Shown here: positions 45,623-54,870 of the stretch, piece by piece
How the letters are laid out: each line of letters begins with the position of its first letter
How positions within the stretch are numbered: position 1 is the stretch's first letter
Origin: a virus
Length of the DNA stretch: 64,000 nucleotides
IMG/VR virus record: IMGVR_UViG_3300046792_000213
Location: 12,394-76,393 of that record
Direction: 5' to 3' (one strand)
Notes under the pieces: model-generated
Databases searched by the model: none
Told to the model about the DNA's origin: nothing
The model's input: only the letters and a program-made list of their open reading frames with translations
Position numbers and translations under genes: made by a program

Positions 45623-46599
45623 CCTGCGGTTCCTTCCTGCTGCATGCGGGCTTGGGCGCGCTGCATTGCGCGACCGAAGAGGTCGTCGGTCTCCTGCTGC
45701 TGGCGGTTGGTTGCCTGACGGAGCGGTACGACTTCGCCGTTGGAGTCGGCTGGGGTGTCGGCGAGGGATTCCCATCGGCCGATCCATGCGGTGACGCTGT
45801 CGGGTTCGCCTCGTCGCTCTGCGGCGAGGCTGGCGGAGCGGACCATGACGGGGATGCCGAGGCGGTCGACCTGGATGCGGATGCGCTCCCAGTCGGTGAA
45901 CTTCTTGATGTCCCATGCGACGGCGCCGAGGCCGGCTTCGGCGAGGGCGGTTCGGAGCGGCTGGAGTGCGTTGGGAACGCCGCCGGTTGCCGCCGGGTTG
46001 CTGCTGCTAGCAGCAGTTCTTCCGTAGGAAGAACTGGTAGGGGACGGGGCAGGGGACGGGGTGCCGTTATTAACGGCGTTACGAATCTCGCCGACCTGGG
46101 GTGATGCGTTTTTTGCGGGGGTGTCTTTTTTCGAGTTCGTGTCGTCTTCGTGTCGCGTTGCTGTCGCGTTCGTGTCGCTGGAGGGCTCCGAAGCGTGGTC
46201 CGTAACGCCGTTACGCATGGCGTCACGCACCGCCTTCTCCGCGGCAGCCTTCGCTTCCTTCTCGGCCTTCTTCCGGTCGCGCCACGCCTGCTGCCGGGCT
46301 GCGTTCGCCTCCCGTTCGGCCTGGACCTTGGCGCGGTCCGGGTTGTACTCCAGGAAGTCGTGGATGACCCAGCCGCCGGCGACCCGGTCCCACAGTTGCC
46401 TGTCTTCCAGTTCCTTGGCGGCCGTCTTGGCACCGCGGACGTGGGCGATGACGCGCAGCTCTGATTCGAGGATCTTGCCCTCGGTCAGATTCTCCGAGGC
46501 CCAGCACAGCGCGGAGACGTGCAGCCGGAAGGCGCGGTCGGACAGCAGCGCCACCTTGCGGTGCGATGGAAAGCGGTCATCCAGGCGGACCCAGGGCAT
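45619..46599 (-). CDS. Replication initiation protein
   Basis: MPWVRLDDRFPSHRKV...GWVIHDFLEYNP...RQQAWR; PSPAPSP linker. Confidence 0.8.
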   Translation of the reverse strand: MPWVRLDDRFPSHRKVALLSDRAFRLHVSALCWASENLTEGKILESELRVIAHVRGAKTAAKELEDRQLWDRVAGGWVIHDFLEYNPDRAKVQAEREANAARQQAWRDRKKAEKEAKAAAEKAVRDAMRNGVTDHASEPSSDTNATATRHEDDTNSKKDTPAKNASPQVGEIRNAVNNGTPSPAPSPTSSSYGRTAASSSNPAATGGVPNALQPLRTALAEAGLGAVAWDIKKFTDWERIRIQVDRLGIPVMVRSASLAAERRGEPDSVTAWIGRWESLADTPADSNGEVVPLRQATNRQQQETDDLFGRAMQRAQARMQQEGTAG

Positions 46600-46801
46600 C
46601 GGTTTCTTCCTTCGGAGGTGCTGGTCAGTGGGTCTTGGGCATGCGGAACCAGGCCTCTCAGGGCGGCTTCACTGATTGCTGCTGCGCCGCCTTGGCGTGT
46701 CTCCAGACTACCTCAAGGTGCCCGTGCACCCGAGGGGCTTTCGAGGGGCACTTCGTAACGGCGGGGTGCCCAGCCGGTGCACGGTCAGCTACGCTGGCGG
46801 T

Positions 46802-47020
46802 ATGACGACGAAGGGGACCCCTGGCCGTGTGATCCGCGTGGATGACGAGACCTGGGCGGCATACGGCGAGGCGTGCAAGGCCAAGGGGCTCGCGCGCGCT
46901 GCTGACCTGCGCGTCTACATCAACAAGGAGATCGCCGCGTACCGCCGTCGCACACGCGACGAGGCGGCGCACTGGAACGCCGGCGCAACCGAGCCGTATT
47001 CGCCGACCTCCGACGACTGA
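46802..47020 (+). CDS. Ribbon-helix-helix DNA-binding protein
   Basis: TPGRVIRVDDETWAAY...AADLRVYI; TACGCT 6 nt before ATG. Confidence 0.75.
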   Translation: MTTKGTPGRVIRVDDETWAAYGEACKAKGLARAADLRVYINKEIAAYRRRTRDEAAHWNAGATEPYSPTSDD

Positions 47021-47044
47021 CACGTCCCCCTCCTTCCTTCCCCT

Positions 47045-47067
47045 GGCCCCGCTTCGGCGGGGCTTTG
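47045..47067 (+). terminator. Intrinsic terminator
   Basis: GCCCCGC-TTCG-GCGGGGC followed by TTT. Confidence 0.75.
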
Positions 47068-47246
47068 TGCTGTGCGGTGATCTTTGGTTCTGCGGTTGCG
47101 GCTTGGAACCCTGTGCTGGCCCCCACTTCGCCCCGTTTGGTTTCCGCTGGTGGCGGGCTTGCGTGGTGCTGGAAGTGGGGTGAAGTGGGGTCGGCTGGGG
47201 CTTGACGCCAGCCCGGGCCGGGTGGTCAGCCCCGGGCCGGCGGGTG

Positions 47247-47558
47247 TCAGGTGGTGGTGGGCTGGCGTTCGGCGTCGATCCACGGCTGCGGGTCGAGGCC
47301 CAGGCCCTGAGCGGCCTCGCAGGGGTCTTCGGCGAGTTCGGGCATCTCGCCTTCGTCGGCGAGCATCTGCGCGAAGGCTTCGACGCCTTCGGGGTCGAGT
47401 TCGGCGAGGCGGACGAGGAGCTTGTGGGCGGCGTGCGCGGCGGCCGATCCGCTGGCGAGGGCCCACATGTCGCTGGGGTTGTCGGCTTTGCCGCAGCGGA
47501 TGCCGAGGCGGATCGTGGTTTCGAGGGCGAAGCCGTGGAAGTCGTTGACGGCGCTCAT
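47247..47558 (-). CDS. Hypothetical protein
   Basis: AAGGA RBS. Confidence 0.6.
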   Translation of the reverse strand: MSAVNDFHGFALETTIRLGIRCGKADNPSDMWALASGSAAAHAAHKLLVRLAELDPEGVEAFAQMLADEGEMPELAEDPCEAAQGLGLDPQPWIDAERQPTTT

Positions 47559-47627
47559 GTCGTGTCCTTGTGTCGTGGGATGGTGGTTGCGGGGCGTGGC
47601 TACTACGGGTGGCCACGCCCCGTGGTC

Positions 47628-48041
47628 TCAGGTGGTGGTGACGGCGAGTTGCTGCTCGACGGCGGCGAGGACGTCGGCCGGCGGGGTCCAGAACTTCTGG
47701 AGCCCCTTGCAGGGCACCGGCTCGGGCAGGGCGATGACGTCGGCGAGGTCCCAGTGGTAGGCGAGGGGCAAGCCCCACAGTGCGCAGCACAGGGGTCCGG
47801 TGACGTTGGCCAGGTGGTGGCCGGTGATGGTGGCGGCGGCGAGGATTACGCCGCGCTGGTCGGGCCAGTCACCGCGGCAGAGGACGGCGCGCCGGTCGGC
47901 AGCCTTGCCAGCGTGGAGGAGGATCCGCTGCCCAATCAGGGCGACCGGGGGCCTCCAGGTGCGGTTCTCGGTGCGCTTCGGCTTGTCGCCGGGCTGCACG
48001 ATCGCGTCGATCCACGGCTGCTGGATCGTCAGGGCCTTCAC
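47628..48041 (-). CDS. ASCH-domain protein
   Basis: ALTIQQPW...KRTENRTW...LLHAG...PVPCKGLQKFW. Confidence 0.85.
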   Translation of the reverse strand: MKALTIQQPWIDAIVQPGDKPKRTENRTWRPPVALIGQRILLHAGKAADRRAVLCRGDWPDQRGVILAAATITGHHLANVTGPLCCALWGLPLAYHWDLADVIALPEPVPCKGLQKFWTPPADVLAAVEQQLAVTTT

Positions 48042-49069
48042 GCCGCGGCCTCCTTCTCGCCGGCGAGCTTCTTGAGGTGGGTCTCGTACTCGTCGGCCCA
48101 CTGCTGCGGGTTGTGGCCGTGGCGCATGGCTTCGTCCCAGGCCCATTCGCCGATCTCGCCGGACTCCAGTTCCTCGTTGGTGCTGTCGAGGACGTTGCGC
48201 AGCAGGGTCGGGTCGGCCTTGGCGAGCGCTTCGGTGAGCCGGTAGGCGAGCCACGCTCGGCCGCCGGCGAGCGCGTAGGCGGCGAGGGCGGCGTGGTCGT
48301 TGGTGCTGGCCCTGAACAGGTCGCTGGTGGAGCGCAGTACCTGCTTGAGGAGGTCTTCGCGGTGCTGCCCGATGGCGTTGTCGCGCTCGTCGAGTTCGGT
48401 CGGCTCCCAGGTACTGAGGGTGTCGTCCATTTCGACCTTGTTGCCGTCGCCGAGGCTGTCGGCCCATTCGTCGTGGCGGCTGGCGGGGGATTCTTCGTCG
48501 GCGATGCGGCGGGGCATCTGGAGGCCGACGAAGTGGGGCGCGGTGATGAGCAGCGGCTTGTCGAACGCGGACTGCCAGGCGCAGACCTCGTGTCCGGCGG
48601 CTTCCCAGCGGGCGAGGAGCTTGGAGGTCAGACCGGTCCAGGGGGCTTCGCTCGGGGTGTTCTCCTTCGCGGTGCGGATGAGACCGCGCCAGTCGGGGAA
48701 GTCGCCGGCGTACACGGGGACGGTGAGGGTGCTGCACTGACCGGTGAGGGTGAGCGTGTTCCCGGTGGGGCTGAGGCTGGGGGTGAGGGTGATGGCTCGG
48801 TCGGCGTCCTGGGCGGTGAGCCAAGCGGTGACAGTGCCGAGCTGGTTGTCGAGGCTGGAGGCGTTGATGGTGAGCGCCCACGGGTCGCGGTTGTCGGTCT
48901 TGGTGCGGGCGACGGCGAGGGTGTAGCGGTCGGTGGCGGCGGCGTGGAGGTGGCGGCCGTCGTCGTCGAGGCGGACGCCCTGGATCGGGGCGTAGCCCAT
49001 GTCGCGGCCGATGTGGGGGTCGACCTTCCGGAGGAGGCTGGAGAGCTGGTAGGCGGTCAGGGTGGTCAC
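48038..49069 (-). CDS. Sliding-clamp (DnaN)-like protein
   Basis: AAATDRYTLA, GDFPDWRGLI, GLQMPRR. Confidence 0.75.
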   Translation of the reverse strand: MTTLTAYQLSSLLRKVDPHIGRDMGYAPIQGVRLDDDGRHLHAAATDRYTLAVARTKTDNRDPWALTINASSLDNQLGTVTAWLTAQDADRAITLTPSLSPTGNTLTLTGQCSTLTVPVYAGDFPDWRGLIRTAKENTPSEAPWTGLTSKLLARWEAAGHEVCAWQSAFDKPLLITAPHFVGLQMPRRIADEESPASRHDEWADSLGDGNKVEMDDTLSTWEPTELDERDNAIGQHREDLLKQVLRSTSDLFRASTNDHAALAAYALAGGRAWLAYRLTEALAKADPTLLRNVLDSTNEELESGEIGEWAWDEAMRHGHNPQQWADEYETHLKKLAGEKEAAA

Positions 49070-49257
49070 TGGATCTCCTTGATGATCGGTTCGGGTGCTT
49101 CGGGTCGGCTGGCGAGTGCGGCGGGCGTGTGCTGGACGCAGCGCCAGCCGGCGGCGTAGAGGCGGGCTTCGGCGCCGCAGACGGGGTGGCCTGTGTCGCA
49201 GTTGCCGGGGATGACTGGCGGCATGGCGGGGCGCACGGGCCGGGGCTCGGCGTTCAT
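49066..49257 (-). CDS. Small hypothetical protein
   Basis: CGAEARLYAAGWRCVQHTP. Confidence 0.6.
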   Translation of the reverse strand: MNAEPRPVRPAMPPVIPGNCDTGHPVCGAEARLYAAGWRCVQHTPAALASRPEAPEPIIKEIQ

Positions 49258-49508
49258 GTGGCGTCCCGGGCGGGTGCGGGTTCGACGCTGGCGGGGTTGA
49301 TGTAGCCGTAGCGGATGCCGAGGGCGACGGCATGCGCCCGGTCGTTGGCGCCGATGGCCCTGTAGATGACCTGCAGGTGGCAGTTGATGGCGTTGCCGGT
49401 GTGGCCATACCGGGCGCCGATCTGGGCGTTGGTGTGGCCGTTCGCGGCGAGGTTGAGGATCTTGATCCGCCACTCGGTCATGGCGTGGCTGAGGGTGGGG
49501 GCGCTCAT
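49254..49508 (-). CDS. LuxR-type HTH regulator
   Basis: AANGHTNAQIG...IYRAIGANDRAHAVALG. Confidence 0.8.
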   Translation of the reverse strand: MSAPTLSHAMTEWRIKILNLAANGHTNAQIGARYGHTGNAINCHLQVIYRAIGANDRAHAVALGIRYGYINPASVEPAPARDAT

Positions 49509-50311
49509 GCTGCGGCCTCCGCTTTCCTTGTGGCGGCGGCACGGAATTTGTTGATGCGCTCCGCGACGTCCTTCACCGGCAGTCCGACCTGATTGGCGAT
49601 GGTGTGGGCTGACAGGCCGAATCCGGCGAGGTGCGCGATCTCTTTGCTGCGGAGTTCGTCGCGCTTGGGGCTGGGCGGCTGGTACCCGAGGCCGTCGGTG
49701 TCTGGCTGGGCGTCGGGGTCGTCGATGTTGTCCCAGGCGAGGGGGCCGTACCAGCCGCGGGCGATGGCCATGCCGCGGGCGGTCGGCGAGTCCCCGGCCT
49801 TGGTGATCCACTGCGGGTACAGTGCTGCGACTTTCCGGGCAACGTCCTTGGCGACTTTCTGTCGCTGGCCTGCGGCGATGGGCCGGATGGCGGCGCGTGA
49901 AATGCCGATGGCGTCGGCGATGGCGTACTGGGGGTGGCCGATGACGTTGAGGGCGCGGATGCGTCGGATCGTGCCTGTGGGGTCAGTCCAGTAGCCGTGG
50001 TGTTCGGTGTCGTCGGTGGGTTGGAAGGCGAGGATGGCCTCTGCGGTCTCGCGGAAGGCTTCGGTGTGGGTGCCGCTGGCAAGGCGGCCGATGGTGTAGG
50101 TGGAGACGCCGGTGGCGGCTGCGAGGCTGGTCTGTGTCCAGTCGGCGGCGAGCAGTTCGCGGATGCGAGCGGCGGCGGGTGCGCCGTCGATGCGGCGTCG
50201 CCCTTCGTGGTGGCGGCGGAGGTCGTATTCCTTGCAGTAGCGGAGGTGCTTGTCGCGGCAGGCGGGGTGGTCGCAGCCGCGGAGGTAGCAGGCACGGGAC
50301 GGGGCGCTCAT
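49505..50311 (-). CDS. Multi-HTH DNA-binding protein
   Basis: CY..GC...CR; three HTH-like segments; GTIRRIRAL, PLAWDNIDDP. Confidence 0.75.
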   Translation of the reverse strand: MSAPSRACYLRGCDHPACRDKHLRYCKEYDLRRHHEGRRRIDGAPAAARIRELLAADWTQTSLAAATGVSTYTIGRLASGTHTEAFRETAEAILAFQPTDDTEHHGYWTDPTGTIRRIRALNVIGHPQYAIADAIGISRAAIRPIAAGQRQKVAKDVARKVAALYPQWITKAGDSPTARGMAIARGWYGPLAWDNIDDPDAQPDTDGLGYQPPSPKRDELRSKEIAHLAGFGLSAHTIANQVGLPVKDVAERINKFRAAATRKAEAAA

Positions 50312-50637
50312 GCTGCGGCCTCCGCTCGCTGGTCGGCAGGGATGCCGATCCACTGGTGGACGAGGGAGCTGTGGACGCCGGGCCGGCTGCTCTTGCCGGT
50401 CTCGCAGTAGGCCTCGATGAGGCCGTCCTTCTTCAGCAGGCCGGGGAGAAGGCCCCACTGGGATTGCGACTTGGGAGGATCGGGAAGCCCGGCCTTCGTG
50501 GCTATCTGGCTGATGGTGAATGGCTGGCCGGTGTTGGCGGCGGCGACGTAGGCGGGCCACACGGCTTTGACCCATTCCTCGTAGTCGTCCACGCGGCCGG
50601 GGAGGGTGGGCATGCCGGGCAGCGGCGTGGCGGTCAT
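50308..50637 (-). CDS. Hypothetical protein
   Basis: ATGA coupling; QWG...SSRP...VHQW. Confidence 0.65.
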   Translation of the reverse strand: MTATPLPGMPTLPGRVDDYEEWVKAVWPAYVAAANTGQPFTISQIATKAGLPDPPKSQSQWGLLPGLLKKDGLIEAYCETGKSSRPGVHSSLVHQWIGIPADQRAEAAA

Positions 50638-50894
50638 GACGCGGCTCCGTTCTTGCGGCGGGCGTTGCGGCGTTTCATCGCGCGGCGCTCGTCCTCGCTG
50701 AGGCCACCCCAGACACCGGCGTCCTGTCCGGTGTTGAGGGCCCACTGGAGGCAAAAGACCCTGACCGAACACATCCGGCACTCCCTCTTCGCTTCTTCGA
50801 CCTGGAGGAGTGCCGGGCCGGTCTCGCCAACGGGGAACCAAAGGTCAGGCGTTTCGCTGTCCCTGCATCGCGCCTGCATGCGCCAGTCGCTCAT
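50634..50894 (-). CDS. WhiB-family Fe-S transcription factor
   Basis: Four conserved Cys, GVWGGLSEDERR. Confidence 0.92.
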   Translation of the reverse strand: MSDWRMQARCRDSETPDLWFPVGETGPALLQVEEAKRECRMCSVRVFCLQWALNTGQDAGVWGGLSEDERRAMKRRNARRKNGAAS

Positions 50895-51502
50895 GCCGCC
50901 ATCCCCTTCACTCGCCGGGCTTCCTTGGAGTCCAGGTGGTTGCAAATGCGCGATATGGCGGAGGAGTCGATGCCGTACCAAGCGCCGAGTTCCGTCTGCG
51001 GGACGCCCAGTGCGTAGAGGGCGCGGACGTCCTCGCGCTCCTCTTCGGTGAGTTTCACCGGCTTCGGCACGTCGTCGGCGCCGACGAGGCCCTTGTCGAT
51101 GGCCCTCTGCACCGCCTGGTGCGCGCTCTCCCGGCCGCTGTACTTCAAGGTCTCCGCGATCTCGGCATACGACAGTCCGGACGAGCGGAGGATCGCCGCT
51201 GCCTTGTGGCGGTCGTCCTTGCCGAGTCGCCGCCACGTGCGCGCGGCATGCTCAACATTGGTCACTGCGTCCAGGTGGTCCGGGTTGATGCAGATGGTGT
51301 TCTGGCAGGTGTGGTCGATCTCGTGGTTCAGGGGGATCGGGCCCTTGTGGTACTCGAAAGAGGCGCGGTGGGCCCATAGGGTGCGCTGCCCCCTGGGCCG
51401 AGAGTCGTCGTAGACGCGCCCGTATCCGTTGCTGTCGGCGTAGCCCTGCCACTCCCAGCAGGAAGTGACCGGGTCCACGACATAGCGGCTCAGGTCGGTC
51501 AT
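50891..51502 (-). CDS. HNH endonuclease with C-terminal HTHs
   Basis: CWEWQG, AHRAS, DHTCQNTICINPDHL. Confidence 0.85.
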   Translation of the reverse strand: MTDLSRYVVDPVTSCWEWQGYADSNGYGRVYDDSRPRGQRTLWAHRASFEYHKGPIPLNHEIDHTCQNTICINPDHLDAVTNVEHAARTWRRLGKDDRHKAAAILRSSGLSYAEIAETLKYSGRESAHQAVQRAIDKGLVGADDVPKPVKLTEEEREDVRALYALGVPQTELGAWYGIDSSAISRICNHLDSKEARRVKGMAA

Positions 51503-51927
51503 GCCGTCCACCGCCTCGTGGGGATGCCCGCGGCTTCGGCCATGTCGGCGCAGCTGCTCGCACCGTGGGAGGGGTGCGGGTCGGTGCGGCGGCAACGGGG
51601 CGACGTGCACGGGCCGATGAACGCCAGGCATGCGTCGGCGCCGAGGCTGACCATGTGGGCGTTGCGGCGGGGGCCGGCGGCGGGCCACGGGCCGAAGTCC
51701 TCGGCGCGGTGCCGCTCGATCTCGATGGGCGCGCCGCGGTCGCGGTGGTACTCGGCCCACGAGTTGGCCATGGCGTCGGCGCCGCGGGGGCACGCGCCGT
51801 GGACGAGGACGAATGTGTCTCCGACGAACACCGTGGCGGCGAGCAGGCTCGTCAGCGGCTTTGTGAGGGTGGTCTCGTCTGTCCAGTCGCGGGAGCCGGT
51901 GACGAGGACGCGGTAGGGGGTGGTCAT
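51499..51927 (-). CDS. SLOG-family (YspA/DUF2493-like) protein
   Basis: VLVTGSRDW, VHGACPRGAD, AGPRRNAHM. Confidence 0.85.
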   Translation of the reverse strand: MTTPYRVLVTGSRDWTDETTLTKPLTSLLAATVFVGDTFVLVHGACPRGADAMANSWAEYHRDRGAPIEIERHRAEDFGPWPAAGPRRNAHMVSLGADACLAFIGPCTSPRCRRTDPHPSHGASSCADMAEAAGIPTRRWTA

Positions 51928-52024
51928 TTTCCTTCCTTCCTGTGTTCGTGTCCTGCGGTGACGAGGGCTGCGATGAGCAGGGCGATGACGACGGCGGCGA
52001 GTGCTGCGGCGAGCACGCCGGGGT

Positions 52025-52300
52025 TCACGACGCCGCCTCGAAGCAGTCGCAGGCGCCGGCCAGCAGCCCTTCGCAGACGTGCTCGGTCAGCGGGGTGCTG
52101 GTGTCGGCGTGGAGGCGGTAGGCGTTGAGGACGTCGTCGATGGCTTCCCACTGGGGGTCGCGGGTGTGGCCGTCCGTGTACTCGTCCCGGCGGGCCTTCA
52201 GCCACGTCTCCACGACGTCGCCGCGGGCCGGGAGGGTCGGCAGGTCGTAGCCGGGGCCGGAGTGCGTCAGGGCGGCCAGGAGGCGGCGGAGGAAGGTCAC
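52025..52300 (-). CDS. Hypothetical protein
   Basis: RGDVVETWLK...YRLHAD. Confidence 0.6.
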   Translation of the reverse strand: MTFLRRLLAALTHSGPGYDLPTLPARGDVVETWLKARRDEYTDGHTRDPQWEAIDDVLNAYRLHADTSTPLTEHVCEGLLAGACDCFEAAS

Positions 52301-52683
52301 TGCGCCACCTCGCCAGCGTGGATGTCCTGGCTGAGGCGGGTGTCCTCGGGGAGCCATGCCTCCAGGCCGCGGGCGAAGTCGCGGACCGCGCGCCCGTAGC
52401 CGTTGGCCACTTCGGCGTTGGCGGCGGCGCGGATCTGCCGGTAGAGGCCGCCGTTCCGGATGCGAGCGAGTTCGGCCTCGGCAGTCTCCTGGGCGCGGAC
52501 GGCTTCGTCGCGCTGGCGGGTGCGCTCGATGACGAGGGCAGCGTGATCGCCGGACGTCACCTGGGAGCGGCGTTTCCACGACGCGCACTCGGTGGTCATG
52601 GCTGCGAGTCGGCGGCGGGCGATGCCGTGGAGGCGGCGCTCCTCGGCCAGGTCGGCACGGAGGCGGCGGATACGACCGAACAT
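52297..52683 (-). CDS. Coiled-coil hypothetical protein
   Basis: TGATG coupling. Confidence 0.6.
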   Translation of the reverse strand: MFGRIRRLRADLAEERRLHGIARRRLAAMTTECASWKRRSQVTSGDHAALVIERTRQRDEAVRAQETAEAELARIRNGGLYRQIRAAANAEVANGYGRAVRDFARGLEAWLPEDTRLSQDIHAGEVAQ

Positions 52684-53294
52684 CAGCCGTTCACCGCCTT
52701 GCCGCCGGTGACGGCGTCGTGGACGCGCATGGCCCACTTGGCGTCAGCGAGGGCCTGGTGGGCGTCAACTCCGGGCGGCTCGACACCGAGCCGGCGCGAC
52801 AGCGCCCGGGAGGAGGCGGGGCCGTTCTTCTCCTGCTGCGCCATCCACTCGGGGTCGGCGTGCCACAGGTAGCCCTCGGCGAGGTTGGCGATGCACTTGG
52901 GCCGGTAGAACCACGGCTGCTCTTCGCCGCGCAGGTCGAGGAGCTTGCGGAGGAACCGGTCGTCGAAGCCGGGGTTGGAGCCGACGATGACGGCGTTGCG
53001 GAGGAACGCGGTGATCTCGGTGAGGGCGTCGGCCCGGTTCATGGGGTCGATGTCGCCGCCTGCGGTGTATGCGGCGCCGCATTCGTCCGGGACGACGAAC
53101 CGGTCTTCGAACTGGCCAACCGCGAGGGACTTGGGGTCGGCGGCTTCCATGTTGAGCGGGCGGAACTGCCAGACGTGCTCGCTGTCCACGCCGTCCTGCC
53201 GGACGATCACCGCGACTTCCCACGCCTCGCCTGTCTCGGCGGACAGGTGGGTGGTTTCCGTGTCGATGGCCACGATGGGGTGCTGCTTGGTCAT
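52683..53294 (-). CDS. DEDDh 3'-5' exonuclease
   Basis: IDTETT, GSNPGFD, HQALADA. Confidence 0.85.
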   Translation of the reverse strand: MTKQHPIVAIDTETTHLSAETGEAWEVAVIVRQDGVDSEHVWQFRPLNMEAADPKSLAVGQFEDRFVVPDECGAAYTAGGDIDPMNRADALTEITAFLRNAVIVGSNPGFDDRFLRKLLDLRGEEQPWFYRPKCIANLAEGYLWHADPEWMAQQEKNGPASSRALSRRLGVEPPGVDAHQALADAKWAMRVHDAVTGGKAVNG

Positions 53295-53358
53295 GGGATG
53301 CTCCTTTGTGCGGCCACCCCGCCTGTTTCAGGCGGGCGGGGTGGCCGTGCGGGGTGGG

Positions 53359-53811
53359 TTAGAACGGGACGTCGCCAGTCGCGAAAAGGTCGGCGAGCGT
53401 GACGTCGAAGAGGTAGGTGAGCGCGACAAGCTCCGTTGCGGTCCACTCCCGAGGCCTGGTCTGGGTCTCGGCCATCGACCAGACGGCTTTGGACCAGGTG
53501 CTGCCGGTGATCTGACCGAGGTACTGTCCGGCCTCTTCCTGGGTCCAGCCGTGGGCGGTGCGCAGGCGGCGCACGTTCCGGCTGACGGTCTCCGAGGCCA
53601 GTCCGGCGCGAACGAGCGGGGCGGCTTCCTTCTCGCCGCCCGGGGCGGTGGCCAGCATCGCGTGGACAAGCGCGCGGTTGGTGCAGATGCCTGCGAGGAC
53701 GGCGGCGTGCTGCTGGTCCTCGATCGGCAGTGTCTTCTCCAGGGCTGCGGCCATGGAAGTGTCCGCAGAAGCGAGAAACCTCTCGGCCAGCTCGCGGTGG
53801 TCTGTGGTCAT
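53359..53811 (-). CDS. XRE-family HTH protein
   Basis: VRRLRTAHGWTQEEAG...WSMAE. Confidence 0.75.
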   Translation of the reverse strand: MTTDHRELAERFLASADTSMAAALEKTLPIEDQQHAAVLAGICTNRALVHAMLATAPGGEKEAAPLVRAGLASETVSRNVRRLRTAHGWTQEEAGQYLGQITGSTWSKAVWSMAETQTRPREWTATELVALTYLFDVTLADLFATGDVPF

Positions 53812-53875
53812 GGTTCGTGGTCTCCTTGGTGGAGACCGCGCCGGCTTTCCCCCGGCGCGGTCGTGCGTGCGGGGG

Positions 53876-54862
53876 CTACTGCTGGGGCTGGGCGGCGGCC
53901 TTGAGAGCGCTTCCGCGCTCCTTGATGTAGTCGCCGAGGCTGGTGGGCTTGCCGGTCTCGGGGTGCATCAGCGGGGTGGCGAGTGCGCTGGCCGCCTCGA
54001 CCTCGCGGTACAGGGCGAGCAGGCTGTCCGGAGTGGCGTCCTTCGAACTGGCGGCGTCGATCCACGCCTTCGGGTCGATCTCCTCGGCGCCGGCGCGGAG
54101 CCAGTCGAGGTAGGGCTTCGCAATGTCGCGGGCACCATGCGGCTGGTTGAGCTGCAGACCCCGGAAGGCCGGGCAGCGGGACTTGATGAACCGGAGGCGG
54201 TTCGCCTCGTCCATCTCTGCGGCAACGCCGAACTCGAACTCGATGCCGCGGCGCTGCTCGGCGCGCATCCCCTGGTTGGTGGGCTTCTTGTCCACGAGGA
54301 CCCAGTCGACGTAGGACCGCATGGTCGCGACGACGTGCCCCGGGTAGGACATCAGGGCTTCGATCATTTCGTTCTGGATCTTGCCGCCGTCCTTCCAGCC
54401 AGCGAATTTGTTGCCGCCGTAGCGGGCCTGAGCTGCAATTTCGACCTGGTCGAGGGTTCCCTCGGTGCCCTTCCAGAAGTGGCTGAGGGAGTCGACCATC
54501 ACGACCGGGTATCCGGCCTGTGCGGCAGCAGCGAGCGCCTTCTGGAGGTCGCGGGGGTCGTAGCGGTGCATGGGCAGGGTGTCGAAGGCGGCGTCGAGGT
54601 CGTTGACGTACAGGGCGGCGGCGCCGCGTTCTGTGTCGATGACCGCGAAGCGCTGTCCCTCGGCGAGTCCGCTGGCGATAGAGAGGCCGGTCCAGGTTTT
54701 GCCGGAGCCGGAGACGCCCTGGATGGAGATGCGGGCTTTCGCGCCGTCTTTCGTGGCGGGGCGGAATACGAACTCGCCGTCGGTGTACTCGTTGGCAGGC
54801 GGGGCCTGTCGGGGGCGGTTGGCGTTCATCTGGGCGTTGGCCCGCTGAACTGGGTTGGTCAC
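53876..54862 (-). CDS. Sak4-like AAA ATPase (single-strand annealing)
   Basis: GVSGSGKT, VIDTE, VDSLSHFW, EFEF; adjacent to RecE-like gene. Confidence 0.8.
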   Translation of the reverse strand: MTNPVQRANAQMNANRPRQAPPANEYTDGEFVFRPATKDGAKARISIQGVSGSGKTWTGLSIASGLAEGQRFAVIDTERGAAALYVNDLDAAFDTLPMHRYDPRDLQKALAAAAQAGYPVVMVDSLSHFWKGTEGTLDQVEIAAQARYGGNKFAGWKDGGKIQNEMIEALMSYPGHVVATMRSYVDWVLVDKKPTNQGMRAEQRRGIEFEFGVAAEMDEANRLRFIKSRCPAFRGLQLNQPHGARDIAKPYLDWLRAGAEEIDPKAWIDAASSKDATPDSLLALYREVEAASALATPLMHPETGKPTSLGDYIKERGSALKAAAQPQQ

Positions 54863-54870
54863 GATGGCTC

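Noticed and set aside
44682-46433. Long N-terminal extensions in the ORF track (also 6310-7641, 53876-55762, 47628-48881, 27200-28357)
   Set aside because: They overlap upstream genes in other frames; shorter starts have an RBS or stop/start coupling
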